A stretch of 64,000 bases of DNA from Hyphochytrium catenoides (Eukaryota > Protista > Hyphochytriomycota), in assembly GCA_900088475.1 (NCBI GenBank), contig FLMG01000547.1, positions 1 to 64,000 on the forward strand, in the 5' to 3' direction. Each line of letters begins with the position of its first letter. Position 1 is the stretch's first letter. The translations under genes and the position numbers were made by a program. The notes beneath the pieces were generated by a model. That model saw only the letters and a list, made by a program, of their open reading frames with translations, ran no database searches and was not told the origin of the DNA. Of the stretch, positions 22,611 to 34,271 are shown one piece after another.

Positions 22611-24607
22611 CTAGTCGCTGCAGTTCGGCAGCGGTTCCTTTAAGTCTTGAAGAAAGTATGGGAGGAGGTTTACATCATTCCACTCTGTTAGCAGATATGT
22701 ATACCTAGCTCCCTCGCTCACGTCAGTTTCCCTCAGGAAGGCTGGGAGATATCTAGATTTGGGATCCCTCTGCAAGTAACGTTCCCGCGCCAAGTATAAA
22801 GAGAGTAAAACCTCCTCGACAGTTCCTACGCACTCGAAGGGCTTCGTACTTGTTGCACCCCTGCCCATGAGCTGAAGAAACACGGGGAACAGTGACCGTT
22901 CCTCGTAGAGGTTATCTCCCACAATGGCCCAGACCTCCGGCGGGTCTAGCCAGGCCGATAAGAGAAGGAAGACAAAGGCACATTTCGCACATTTCGCGCA
23001 CCAGCGAGATGACTCAGTGTCGTTGCAGCTTAGGAAGAGGGGTAATAGTGAAGGACAAAGTCTGCAAAACCGCTCTGCTATCTGCACCTCATGCCATTGC
23101 TGCAAAGCTGAAGCGTAGTGCACGGTAGGACTAAGATACCTCTTGATATAGTTGTGCAACTGCTCCTCGAAGCTCCATGATTTGTCGTACTGATGGTTGA
23201 CGGCGATGCCATCGTGCCAGATGTTGTTTCCTTCGTTTGCGCTTCTTTCATTCCCCACAAGAATGTAGTCGTAGCCATATAGAAGTGCCGCCAATACACT
23301 GTCCATGGCTACGAGGGCCGCCCAAGGATGCCCACATGCCACTAGTCGAAAGTTACCGACAGCATCCTCCCACTCTTGAGCAAAGAAATCGTGCTCAAAT
23401 ACTATCGCACCTGGCTCAAGGGAAGACACTCCCGCTTTGCCTGCGCTTTTCCCATTGTGGCCTGAAACCGTGGAGAACTCTCGTACGATTGCCTGTAGTC
23501 TCCAATCGTCTTCGAAGCCCTGTGGCCGAGGTTTGTCTCCAACGTAGATCCAGTCAAATGGTATGTCTCGCTCCTTTAAGAGCGATGCCACTGTTAAAGA
23601 GTCTTTCCCCCCTCCCCTAAACGAAGAAGAGAGAGACGAGGCAGCCTTCATTAGTCCATGTAGTCCCGTTTGTTACAGTTTCCTTTCGCGTGGCCCGTAC
23701 TTACAGAGGGACTAGCACGCGTAAATTTCCAGGGCATGACCCTGAAGGACTATATCTGGAGAGGACCGGTATAGGGCCGCTTGTAAGACCTGTTGCATTA
23801 CGCCGATCACCATCTACCACTTCGAGGACAATCACTGATAACGGTAGTCCGTTGACATAAAGATACTCCGCAAGAACATGCTGGTATGTCCTCAACCAAA
23901 ATTGAACCTACAAGACGTTACAAGGGTCAAAGGCAAGGAGTAAGTAAAGTGTGCAGAAAGCCTGCCACGGAGTTAGACATCTTTCAGCAGAAAGTTAGCA
24001 GAGCGAAGGAGCTGCAAGAAGGAGCTCAGTGTCGACCACTTACCTGATCAACATCAAGCTGTCCAGCACTAATCCTTATCTTAGTGCTTGCCAAAGGCAT
24101 CCAATACCAGGGCAGAATGCAAAGACCAATATTGAATAAAGTGGCTTCCATAAACGCCTTCTTCTCTGCCGATTGCGAAGAGTGAAAGGCTGCTTCAATC
24201 TTTTCTGGCGCCCTCCATGACAGAGAACTCCGCCATCTCACGCTAACCCGGTTGCCTTTTCCTTTGGTCGCGGAGCAGATATTACCAGAGAAGTAGAAGT
24301 GACATCGCTGTGCTTCCCAGTCAACCTCATATCTATCGTATGTGAACAGATCGGAGTGGCTCTCTTCGCTTTCGGCACTTTGTTCATGCTTTTTCGTTGT
24401 GGACTTCTTCACAGTGCTAACTCTTCTACTCTCTTCACCAGTACTCATAGGGTGTACTTGCTTATCTTCAGAACCTGCCAACAGCTCACAAAGTCCAAAG
24501 GAAAAGCTAGAGGTAGTAAAATCTTCTTCTCTTATGTCGTCACCCTCTGTAGACGTATCATGCGTAGAGGTGTTGTTCGCCATTTGGGGCGACCGAGTCT
24601 TTCTCAT
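22611..24607 (-). CDS. murL: MurL-like ATP-dependent (PP-loop) peptidyl-glutamate epimerase homologue, 3 exons
   Basis: Exons 24607-24044, 23907-23705 and 23616-22611 are joined by GTAAGT..AG introns in frame. Spliced motifs: TLFNIGLCILPWYW..IRISAGQLDVDQVQFW..Y...LAEYLYVNG, VLVPLGGGKDS, CGHPW, GNERSANEGN, VNHQYDKSWSFE, SCN, WCAKCAKCAFVFLLL, KPFECVGTVEE. These match the bacterial MurL family. Confidence 0.88.
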
Positions 24608-25477
24608 AAGATGCTCGACTCCCTTTGCAAATCATGCCAATGACATCGCATCAAACCCTTAAAAAGATTGAGCTTCTCTTCTATGCCCCCTCGCTGCTCG
24701 TGCCGAGAAAGCTGTCCAAGCGTCTCATACCCCATGCGTTGCAGACAGTCGCTAGCCTGTAGCAGATGCCGATGAGGCCGTGGCTGACAGGACCGGCAAG
24801 CTCTGCCTTCTTGCGCTTCACACTTGTCAAAGACAAGACAAAGAAGGCCGAGTTGGAAATCTTCAAGCTCCTAGAGCTCGTCCAGTCAGGTGATGGCCAT
24901 CGTGGACTGATGAAGACACGAAGATCAAAGCTGGTGAGCTCATTCATCAACAACTCAAGAAAGAATGAGGGATCAGAACTCAAGCCGTACAACTCCGCAT
25001 CACACGAACAGCCACAGACAGCGACAGCGCACATCGATTAACGGATTAGCGCAAAGCAGTTATCGAATTATTGTGATCAAACACAAATCACTGATTCATT
25101 TTGAGACCGCTAACGTCCTAATTGTGAAACTCCCCTCTTCGGTCTTCTCTCTTCATTAGCACATCGTCCAAAGTAAGCGCTGCTACTCTAATAAGGGATC
25201 GGCTTTCAGAGCTGGACCGAGTAGAGTGGAGAGGCTAAAGAGCAGCGGCGGCGCCGCCGTCAAGGGGCGGGGCAGCAAAAGGAAATGACCACCGCCGCAA
25301 CAGAACAGAAGCTATATACCTACTGTTATCCAGCAGTTTGCCTCAGATTTCCACTTTATCCGCCTGCGTTGGCTACCGCGCAGTACCCTTGTTGAGTGCT
25401 ATTCTAGAGCATCTGCGCCAGACTTCCAGAACAGTCTCGAAAACGTAATCCCAGCGGGGTAGAGCCAACTGGAAGCT

Positions 25478-26414
25478 ATGTCGGGCCAGATCGAGAGCAT
25501 CTATAATCTCATCCCTCGCGAGGAGGTTAAGCCCCCCAAGCCCCCAATGTATAGAAGCAAACATAACCCAGCAAAGCCAGTTACTGGGTCAACTTTCGGC
25601 TGCACGGGTTCAACCAGAATTATTGGGGCAGGTAGTGGTGACCAGATTAGCAAAGGCAAAGTGAAGCATAAGCTTCAGGAACAGAGTGAGGAAAAGACAG
25701 GTAAGTCACCTCGTGTCCCTGTCGAAATCTCCCAAGTTCAACACACTCTCATGGCCAGCTTCGAGCGCAGTCAAGCAAGCCTTACCGCGGAAGCCCTCCG
25801 TACCCAAGAAGGATGACGCTCCAGTCATGGGCCTCAAGACAAATAAGAACTTTGTTCTAGCAAACGCTGTGGAGACCATATTGACAGGTGAATTATCTAA
25901 GGACTAGTTAGATGGTTACTCGCCCTCACGTTCGCCTGACGTGACCGTATTCTAGAGCCAAAAGATGTGTCTCGAAAAGAGGTCGACTGGACAAAGAAGT
26001 CTGACTATGGCAAAGTTCCCGCGTACATGGGAAAAGTGAAAGAGGAAATAAGGAGGGAGAATGAGATGATTGACGCATTTGTAAAGGCACAGTTAGGAGA
26101 GGAAGAGCAGGTTCAAGAAAGCGGGAAACAGATGAGTGAGGAGGAACGCCACGAGTTGATCAAAGCATTGAAGGCCAAGTGGGATGAAAGGAACGCACAA
26201 TACCAAAAGATCTGTCACCAGACACAGCTAGATACACACGGCAAGAAGCTTCGGTAAGCTATCTTTCCACATGTAGGAACGCCCCATGGACGTTGGACTG
26301 ATTCGAAAGCCCCTTCTCTCCCCCAGCAAACAGAACTTAGAGGCGGAATTGGACCAGTTGGAAGCAGACATCAAGCTCTTGGAAGCCTCTTCCGCTGTCG
26401 TCGTAAAGCCCTAA
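25478..26414 (+). CDS. ENKUR: Enkurin (axonemal calmodulin-binding protein), 4 exons
   Basis: ESIYNLIP...PPMYRSK, RKPSVPKKDDAPVMGLKTNKNFVLANA, KKSDYGKVPAYM, ER.ELIKALKAKWDE.N..YQK, LEAELDQLEADIKLLE. Three GT-AG introns restore the frame; TAA stop at 26412-26414. Confidence 0.92.
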
Positions 26415-26750
26415 CACGACGCCCTTGAAGGAAGAGCAAGTTGTCGATCATATGTAATGTAGATTCTCAGTTCATGCCACTGCGCCCTGACAACAAGATG
26501 TATGCTACTGTTGAGGCGAAGCTTGAAGGATGTGAAGGTCATCGGGGGTTCTTATGTCCAATGAGCTAGAGAACGAAAATCTCCAGAAGCGTCACAAATG
26601 TATCCATTATCGCTTCGAGTCTGGAAGGATAGCGGAGGATCCGCTTCCTTCTTCATCATCATTGCTTCTACAATATACAGCAGAAATGAAGTAGAAGACA
26701 ATGCTACAGGCGTAAGATTCCCCCGAATTGCCTCAGTCAGCTGAGCATGA

Positions 26751-27343
26751 CTACTTCTCGCTGGCTTCCTCGAAGTTCTCAACAAGGTCTGGAACTTCGT
26801 CGTCATCAGCCTCTTCCAAGTTGCTTCCGGTCGCGTTCATGTTCTCTGCAACTTTCCTAAGGGCGTTGAGACTGTCACTGCCAAGCTGGCTCAGAATGCC
26901 AGGCAGCATCTCTTGGAGGGCTGGTTAGATAGAAAAAGGGATTAGAAAGCTTCAACACGCCGTTCGGAGCGTAACGACTTACTCTTTTCCTCTGGGTTTC
27001 CGCTTACGACGTAAGTGTTTGAAGGGATTGACGCCTGCACTCTTGGGTTGTTGAAGTGGATAATGGTGCCATCACTCTTGAAAAGATTTACTTCCTCAAT
27101 GGCAGGGATGTTAGTCACTCCCAGCTTCTTGAGAGTGGCCCCAAGCTTCTTATCATCAGTGGTAGCAGACTTGTGCACAGCCTTCTTCTTTCTACGCACT
27201 GAACCCTTGCCTCCAGTCCTAACCTGCGCATTATATGAGCTAGGACGCCAAGTCTTTCATAGCATCGACTCGTTCCATCTTACATTGGCGGCAGCAAACC
27301 TTGCCGCGAGCTTCTCACGAGCAGCCTGGATGTCGTCTGCCAT
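26751..27343 (-). CDS. BTF3: Nascent polypeptide-associated complex subunit beta (BTF3), 3 coding exons
   Basis: [49 protein letters not shown]...[20 protein letters not shown]...[10 protein letters not shown]...[17 protein letters not shown] probable 5'UTR intron spans ~27345-27628. Confidence 0.97.
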
Positions 27344-27536
27344 TCTGTACAAAATGTAGAGAGAAGGGTAAAATGTTAGAGCAATTGATGCGCTCCCTCA
27401 AAAGGCCTGATCAACCTATAAAACTGAATCGTAGAGCTGAAAGGGACATTTGAAGATGAAGACTGAAAGGTGTCATGAGTTATCATAAACGTCCTGCTGC
27501 TAGATGATATGCCATAGAAAAGCGTGCAATCACCTA

Positions 27537-27612
27537 TTCAGTTCAATACAGCGGATGTAAAAAGGGAACCCGCAGTTCAGTTCAATACAGCGGATGTAAA
27601 AAGAGAACCCGC
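27537..27612. repeat. 39-bp-period tandem duplication in the putative BTF3 5'UTR intron
   Basis: ttcagttcaatacagcggatgtaaaaag(g/a)gaacccgc occurs twice with one mismatch. Confidence 0.9.
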
Positions 27613-28402
27613 TTATGTCACCACTTACTTGCTGAGGATTATTCGGTGAGAATCTTTCCGGGATCTGCCGTCAAGTCTCCATTTATCGGCAGACTTTCAG
27701 AGCTTCATTGGCCCCTGCGCCATCAGAGTTCTGACCGCCGCAAGCCCTACACCACTCAACGTATTACTATGCCAAACCTTGGCCAATACTGTTGCTATGC
27801 CTCAATCTAACTTGGGGCGACAGTGCCCAAGCACCATTATCACGGCTCATCGTGGATTATTACTACCTAAGGGGAACTCCCAACAACCAAGCAATCTCCG
27901 GACTATTGGATTCATAATATTCATGTAATATATCACTGATACACGCCTACTCTTAGGTTCATATCCGTAATAATATTTGATGAAGGTGTTACTGCAAGAA
28001 AGTACATCCTGGACATCAGAATTGGAGTTTCTTTTTGAGCTCTTTCAGCTGTATAGACCTCGTAGTTATTATCTGTCTTTATTATGGGCGCTCTGGGAAG
28101 TAGAAGCTGCTGTCGAACTTCTGCGCTTCAGAAGAGATTTATCGACTTATCAGTAGAAATCAAGAGCATAAGTAGAGTCTGGGACAGCAGGTTACAAAGA
28201 AATAAAGTAAGGTTTGAGCTTTTACTTCTCTGAGCTTAAGATGGGTGACATCTTCTTAGGTAGACTCTGGATGAGAAGGGAGGTTGACACGATAAAAGGA
28301 CGATTATGTGCGGTGGAAGAGAGAGCGAGATATGTATGGCACCACGCTTGTTCGCATTGCGCCCGGTGCCCTACCCTACACCTTCTGCTTACCAGTGCGA
28401 TC

Positions 28403-31400
28403 CTACTTCATCATTTGCCGCAAAGTCTCAACGAAGCTGTCACGCTGGTCTAGCTCGTAGGTCACCACCTTTGGTCCGTCAGCTGGTGCTTCTCCATCAG
28501 CCTTGCTTGATGCTGATTGAGAAGACGCTTCCCCAGTACGGCTGTAGTACAATGAGATCAACTTCGTGTTCTTCTTCTTGAAGGTCATTCGCTCAATCTC
28601 CGCCAGCTTGTGGATGGACTTGACCTGGCGCTTTCCTCCTTCATAGGGTGCCAACACAACCAAGTGCGAGGCTGTCAGCAATAAGATCCTAGGCACTGTG
28701 TTCTTAGAAGCAGAGCCTACATCAGGAAAGAGAAGGGTTAAAAAGCGCACAGCTCAGCCTTTCCTTGAGGAAGAAGCTCTGACTTACCTGCCCCGTCTTT
28801 GATCTTCTCGCAAGGGAAGAGATGGTTTGCACCCAACAGCGTAGAAAGAGCCTGATCAGGGTAAATTGAGCCCTTTCGTAGCTCTTCGACAGACGTCACG
28901 GATGGAATGGCCGGCTTAGAAGATGTCGGCACGGGCATCGGAATGGGTTCGTCCTGAGCCGCATCGTCCTCATCCGCAATGGAGAATAGACAGGTCTCTT
29001 CCACATTCAGATTCTTAGTGCTTTGCGCGGGTGAAGGTGCTGGGTTTCCGCTGGATGCTGTCAAGGGTTGGGTGGAGGCTTTCTGAATAGTTGCATCGCC
29101 CTTGTTTGGCAAACCTTCAGCGGTCACTGATGTTCCAACAGCGTGGCTCGCCACTATAGTTGATTGAATGGGAGCCGTGCGGTCCGCCGAAGATGAAGTT
29201 TGCTCTGACTTTTTAAGGCCCGCGGCGGGAGACGGGACATCAGTCAATGGCAAAGATTGCGTCATATGCGCAGAGGAGGGTGCAAACAATTTTAATCCCG
29301 TCCCTAGCTTGCTTGAGGAGGATGCTGGGGCGGCGAGCGTGTCAGCGTTCTTTGGACGTAAGTCTGGTGCAGTCGTGCCAGTGGCCGCATTTGTAGCCTT
29401 GTTAGTGGTGCCTCCTGCAGATGACGCTTCTTGTGGCACTGTTGCTCTGAGCTTAGTGATACCACTCTTCAAGCCCCCAATAAGTCCTCCGGCACTTTCG
29501 CTTGCCGATTGTGGGAGCACGTCTTGTCTATGGCTTGTCACCGCTGTTCCACCTGCAGGAAGAGTGAAGATGCTACTTATACTTCCAAAGCGTGCACTTC
29601 TACTAGAGAGAGGGGCTCCGGCCGTGCTTTCTTTTAGCTCAGGTGGTGGTCCGTGAGCTGTTGCAGACGATTGATTGCCAGGATCCTCGCTATTCTTGTG
29701 CCCTGCGTCTAACGAGGTGTGAAAGAGAGATAGACTGTTTTTCAAGTTAAGACTCAACATACGTGAGGAGGAGCCCACCGCTGCGATTGTCTGGCCTTCA
29801 TCACGCTTCAGGCCGAACCAGTTCTTCATTGCGTTGAGATCCATGTTCACATTTATGTTGAGCTGCGCTTCCCCAATTGGTCCCTCTCCACCTGTACCGG
29901 CGGTGACCCATTTTCTGCATGCAATAGATACCATTTAGCTGGCAATGTCGACTCTGTCTCTAAGTTGGACATACCTGAGTCCGGCAGCCAAAGGGGACTC
30001 ACCATCTGTGGATACCGCGGGTCGCTCACATACCTCCACATTGCGCAGCTCTCGAACAGCAGAGATGTCAACGGCGTTACATGCGTCATACCCGCCCTGA
30101 CCGTACGAAGGATAAGGGTGCAGATCAGTTTAGCTGGCCTGTCACATCTTCGATGATGGAACCTTACATCTATGATGCTGACATAAGGAAAACCTCTCTT
30201 AATGAGCATGAGAGCAACGTGATTAAGAATCTCAGCGTCCTGGATGGCAGTTTCCAGAGCATCACGCTTTCTCCGTCCTTTTTGCATCTTGTAGCCATAG
30301 TCACCTTGGCCCAAGAGGCAGATGTGCACCTGAGACTTTAGTGGCTCCACGGCCTACGGCAGTCAAGTGAGACGCAAGTCGGCATTATTCACGGGGGGGT
30401 CCAATGGAAGCTCACCGCAAAAAGCTTCTTTTCCACCTGCTCGGAATCCACCATGCTCTCAGGGTCGATATGATACGCCGTAGGGAAGGCACCTCTGGCG
30501 ACCCTCTCAGCTGGACGGCAGTCTAGCGCGTAGTATCTGATTGTGGACTGAAAATGGAGAAGAAGGACGTTGATCAATCTTCTTGCTCAGAAAAGGCCGA
30601 GACAGCTCAAGGAAGGGGAAGAAGTGGAACTCGTCCTACCTCCTTCCGAATAGCTGGTCCTTTGATCTTCAGAATGCTAGTCATCGCCTCCAACGGGCTG
30701 ACCTAGTAGAAGACGCAGGTAGTCGGAGGTTGTTAGGGGATGCAATTGGGCTCTGGTGTCCAAATCGTCGTGCAAGTAAGATCAACCTGAAGAACGTAGC
30801 TGCTAAGTCGATGCTCGTTTTGGATGATATACTGCTCATCTGCAGGGTCCGGTGCGTCCATCTCCAAGGTCGCTTTGGCTGCCACCTCAGTCATCTGCTT
30901 CAGCTTTTGCGTAGCTTTGAGACTTGCTCCTTGAAGTCCAGACCTCAGAGCACTCATCATTCTCCCACTATTAGGAGCGAGCTGTTGGCCAGCGATAGGC
31001 TCGCCTGCCGCTGAGCCTGTTGAGTGTACGCTACTGGTTTCCAGGGCGTCCATACGTCCCTCAGACGCATCTACTGCTGGTTTAGGGGGCTCTGTTGCTT
31101 GTGGTACTTAAAGGTAGGGCACTAAGAAGCCACGATTGGGATTGACACAGCGACGGAGCTATTCTTACCTTTCTTTGACTGCGCTCTGTTCAAAGAGTTC
31201 AAGTCAGCCTTTCTGATTTGCTGCAAAAAATGCGTTGGGGTGCTTCCATAGAGGGCCTCTGCCTGCTTGCCCACGGCTTTGACAGACATGGACTCTACTA
31301 AGTACTTGCCTTTGCAGATGTCGTGCAGCTCCTATTTGACCCGGGTAGCGAAGTTAGTACATTGTTAGTGTACTGGGTCCAGAAGACGTAATAGTTGGAG

Positions 31401-33485
31401 CGGTCGTGACCTACGTTCTTTAACACGTCACTTGTCGACGTAAGAAGCTGCTCTCTTCTGGCAGATATCAAGGCCACTGTGACAAATAGAGAAAAGTGGC
31501 TCCCCAAAGGGTCGTGAAGGATATAATAGTCCCACAAGTCTGCCGCTACCGTCGGGCTGCTAAACTCCTCAGCGAACAGTCCGCAGAGCCAACCATCGGG
31601 TACCGGGCCAGCAAGTGCGCCATGGGAGACTGTACTACCTGATGTCCGAACGGTCTCAGAGCTATCTGCCCAGGCGGGGTACTGATAGTCCAGGTGCATG
31701 GCAAGCTGCATATCACGGCCGGGAAGATCGCATGGAGCTCGTTAAACACCTCGCTGGCTGGTATGGTGAAGATTAAGGGACCAATAGAGCTCACCTTTGG
31801 GTCGTGGTAGATCATCAACTTCTTAAGAAGCGGCCTTCGACCGGCTGTTCTCACCATAACAGGGACCACCAAGATGAGGCATTAGGTTGTCTTAGAAAAG
31901 AAGCACTTTTCTCCACTGTCATACCTGCAATGAGCTGCTTGGTGGTGGAGGAGTAGTTTGCGGGGTGAAGCTTCTTGAGAAGAGCTTCAAACATGTCCGC
32001 CGTTTCAGCTTGGCGTGGATTGAACCCAATGGCAAGCATCGGCGCAAGGATATGACAAAGGTGTGAGTCATACTTGATGCCATTCCTGGTACAGTAGAGA
32101 GCCTAGGCAAACCAAATGGCCACTGTCAGACGACACGGTCTGCGTTCTACTCGAGACAGAGTTGTTACCAAAAATTGTTCCATGTCATGAAGGAGCTTGG
32201 ATCTCTGGGAGGTTGCATCCTTGGTTGATGAATCCTTACGAGATAAAACCGCAGGAGAGGTGAACCCAGCGTCCGCACCGCCCGGGATGCAGAGCAGTTT
32301 ACTGATAGCTTCACAGTCTGCCTGGAGCTGAGCTTGGTTCTCAGTAAGACTGTACTTGCCCGCAAGGAATAGCGGGGTCGTGCTCGCTTCAGGTACGTAC
32401 ACCTGCCAATGGCGGTAATAAGCGCAATGGCAATGTCAATCTTCAGAGGCTAAAACGTTCAAAAGATCCTTTTTCGCCTACCCCAAGAAGGCGCTGCCAT
32501 GTCTCTTTGCGATATTGCCCAGGGATTGTGTCAAGCTGGTTGCAGGTTGTACGGATCTTGAACAAATCTAAAATACTCCTCAGTAAGTCCACACGGAAAC
32601 GTAAAGCACGAGGAAAGAGAAGCCGTAGAAGAGCTAATGCGATCAGTCCGTACCAGCATTAGGCGTCTCAAACTCGCGACGAAAAACTTCACCGGCTTTG
32701 GCCTCAGGGGTTGCGGTGGTAGACGCCTCTCTAGTAGTTATAGTAGGTGTCGGCTGTTTATTCGCTTTGCTTGTAGGCTCGGGGTTGGCCGCCGCACCCT
32801 TAACTGGCACAGAGGCTGCTGTCAATCCCTTTGTAGAGGCCTGTAAGCAGCCTTGATTAAGACATCTAATGCTTAAGGCACTCCAACTTCAACACCTTCA
32901 GAAGTACACTCACCTCCCTCTTGTCCTTCGTCACTTCTCTGACTTCTGTGTCCAACCAACTTAGAAAGTCATCGCCCTTAGGCGCCGGAGCGGCTTGCAG
33001 ATCAGGTAAGGTGACACGCAAGACATCAAGCAGGAAGATTAGTGGTTAACACGTCTGGATCGTCTATCCAACACTAGGGCATTACCGGTGGTGCCTGTAG
33101 TAGCTGAGTGGGGTATGGCAGGCTTCAATGAAGGTGCAGCCTTCAATACCCCATGAGATGTGACAGGAGCGGTGATAGCTGGCTCTGTATTGGGGCCCTT
33201 CACAGGCTTATTGGCTGGCGGTGCTGGTGGCGCAATTTGTGCAGCAGGCTTCTTGTCCTTTGCCTTGGTGTTGGACGACGGTGACGTGTTAAATATATCG
33301 TCCAAAGCGGCAGGGTCAAACTCCAAATCCACCACAGGTGCCGCACTCCCGCCGGATGGCCCTGGCAGGTTGAAGATGTCGTCAATGGAGTCCAACTTGA
33401 ACTCTGACGCGCCTGTGCCAGCTGGGAGGCTACTGCTTCGCAAGTCGCTAGCTTTGGTTCCCAGGATCTCATCTAGCTCATCCAT
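28403..33485 (-). CDS. TBC1D23: TBC1D23-like protein (TBC + rhodanese-like + C-terminal PH-like), multi-exon
   Basis: TBC motifs (LLKKLMIYHDPK|LAMHLD, LWDYYILHDP); rhodanese-like IRYYALDCRPAE..ARGAFPTAYHIDP, VHICLLGQG, RGFPYVSII; C-terminal LFPCEK...PRILLLTASHL...IERMTFKKKNTKLISLYY. Confidence 0.88.
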
Positions 33486-34271
33486 ATTTGTAGTTAGTCG
33501 TGGTCTCTAGTCTCTCAGACCCTGTACAAAGCCGATCAGACAACTGTGAGATTGGCTAACTCTTCTCTGTGGTGGCGATTGCTCTCGGTGAGGGCAGGAT
33601 GCTATTCTGATGCAAGAGGAAAGCGAAAGAAACAGTCCGAGGAAGCGAAGCAGGCTCCACTGTTCTCTGCTTGCTTGCGCTGAGCGGCGACGCTGTCCAT
33701 GGTTCACAGCCGGTCCCCAAGGACCGACGGCCGAGGAAGAGCGAGCTGGTGCTGCGCCTTTCCTGCGCTGTCTACTGCTGTCCAGGGCGTTACACATCAA
33801 CAAGGATCTCCCCAATAACCCAAGACCCATAGTAGGCGGCACATGCGGAATCAGAACGTCAAATGGATAAAGATCACTAATAAGATGGCCTGAGCAAGTG
33901 ATTACCGTTAGCGGCCTGAAACCAATATCCTTCCTTTGAAGGCTGATGATGCGCTGATGGGAAAGCTAAAGCTGAAGGTCCAACACGGAATCAGAAGAGC
34001 TTTCTCTCTTTCTAACAACCCCAAACCAAGCTAAGTGGAGACTCAGCGGTTTGTGGGCGCTTCGTGGCAAGCAGTTCATCCTGCCCTTCTTCTTCCTCCG
34101 GCACATATTTGTCAGTCCTTAGGTGATGCTTGTACCTATCTATGGAGGCAGGCTTTTGATGGAAAGGCTTAGTTAGGCAGGAGGCTCTTTGAAGAAGTAC
34201 GACGCCGTTTCATTACTCTTGCATAGAAAGAGTGAAAGTGGGCTTCTAGAACCAAAGGCTAAGCTTGAAAG

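Noticed and set aside
22611-24607. Bacterial contamination as the source of MurL
   Set aside because: Two spliceosomal introns and contiguity with eukaryotic genes.
27537-27612. CRISPR-like repeat (also 36333-36384 and ~54077-54135)
   Set aside because: Only two adjacent units with no spacers and no cas genes, in a eukaryotic context.
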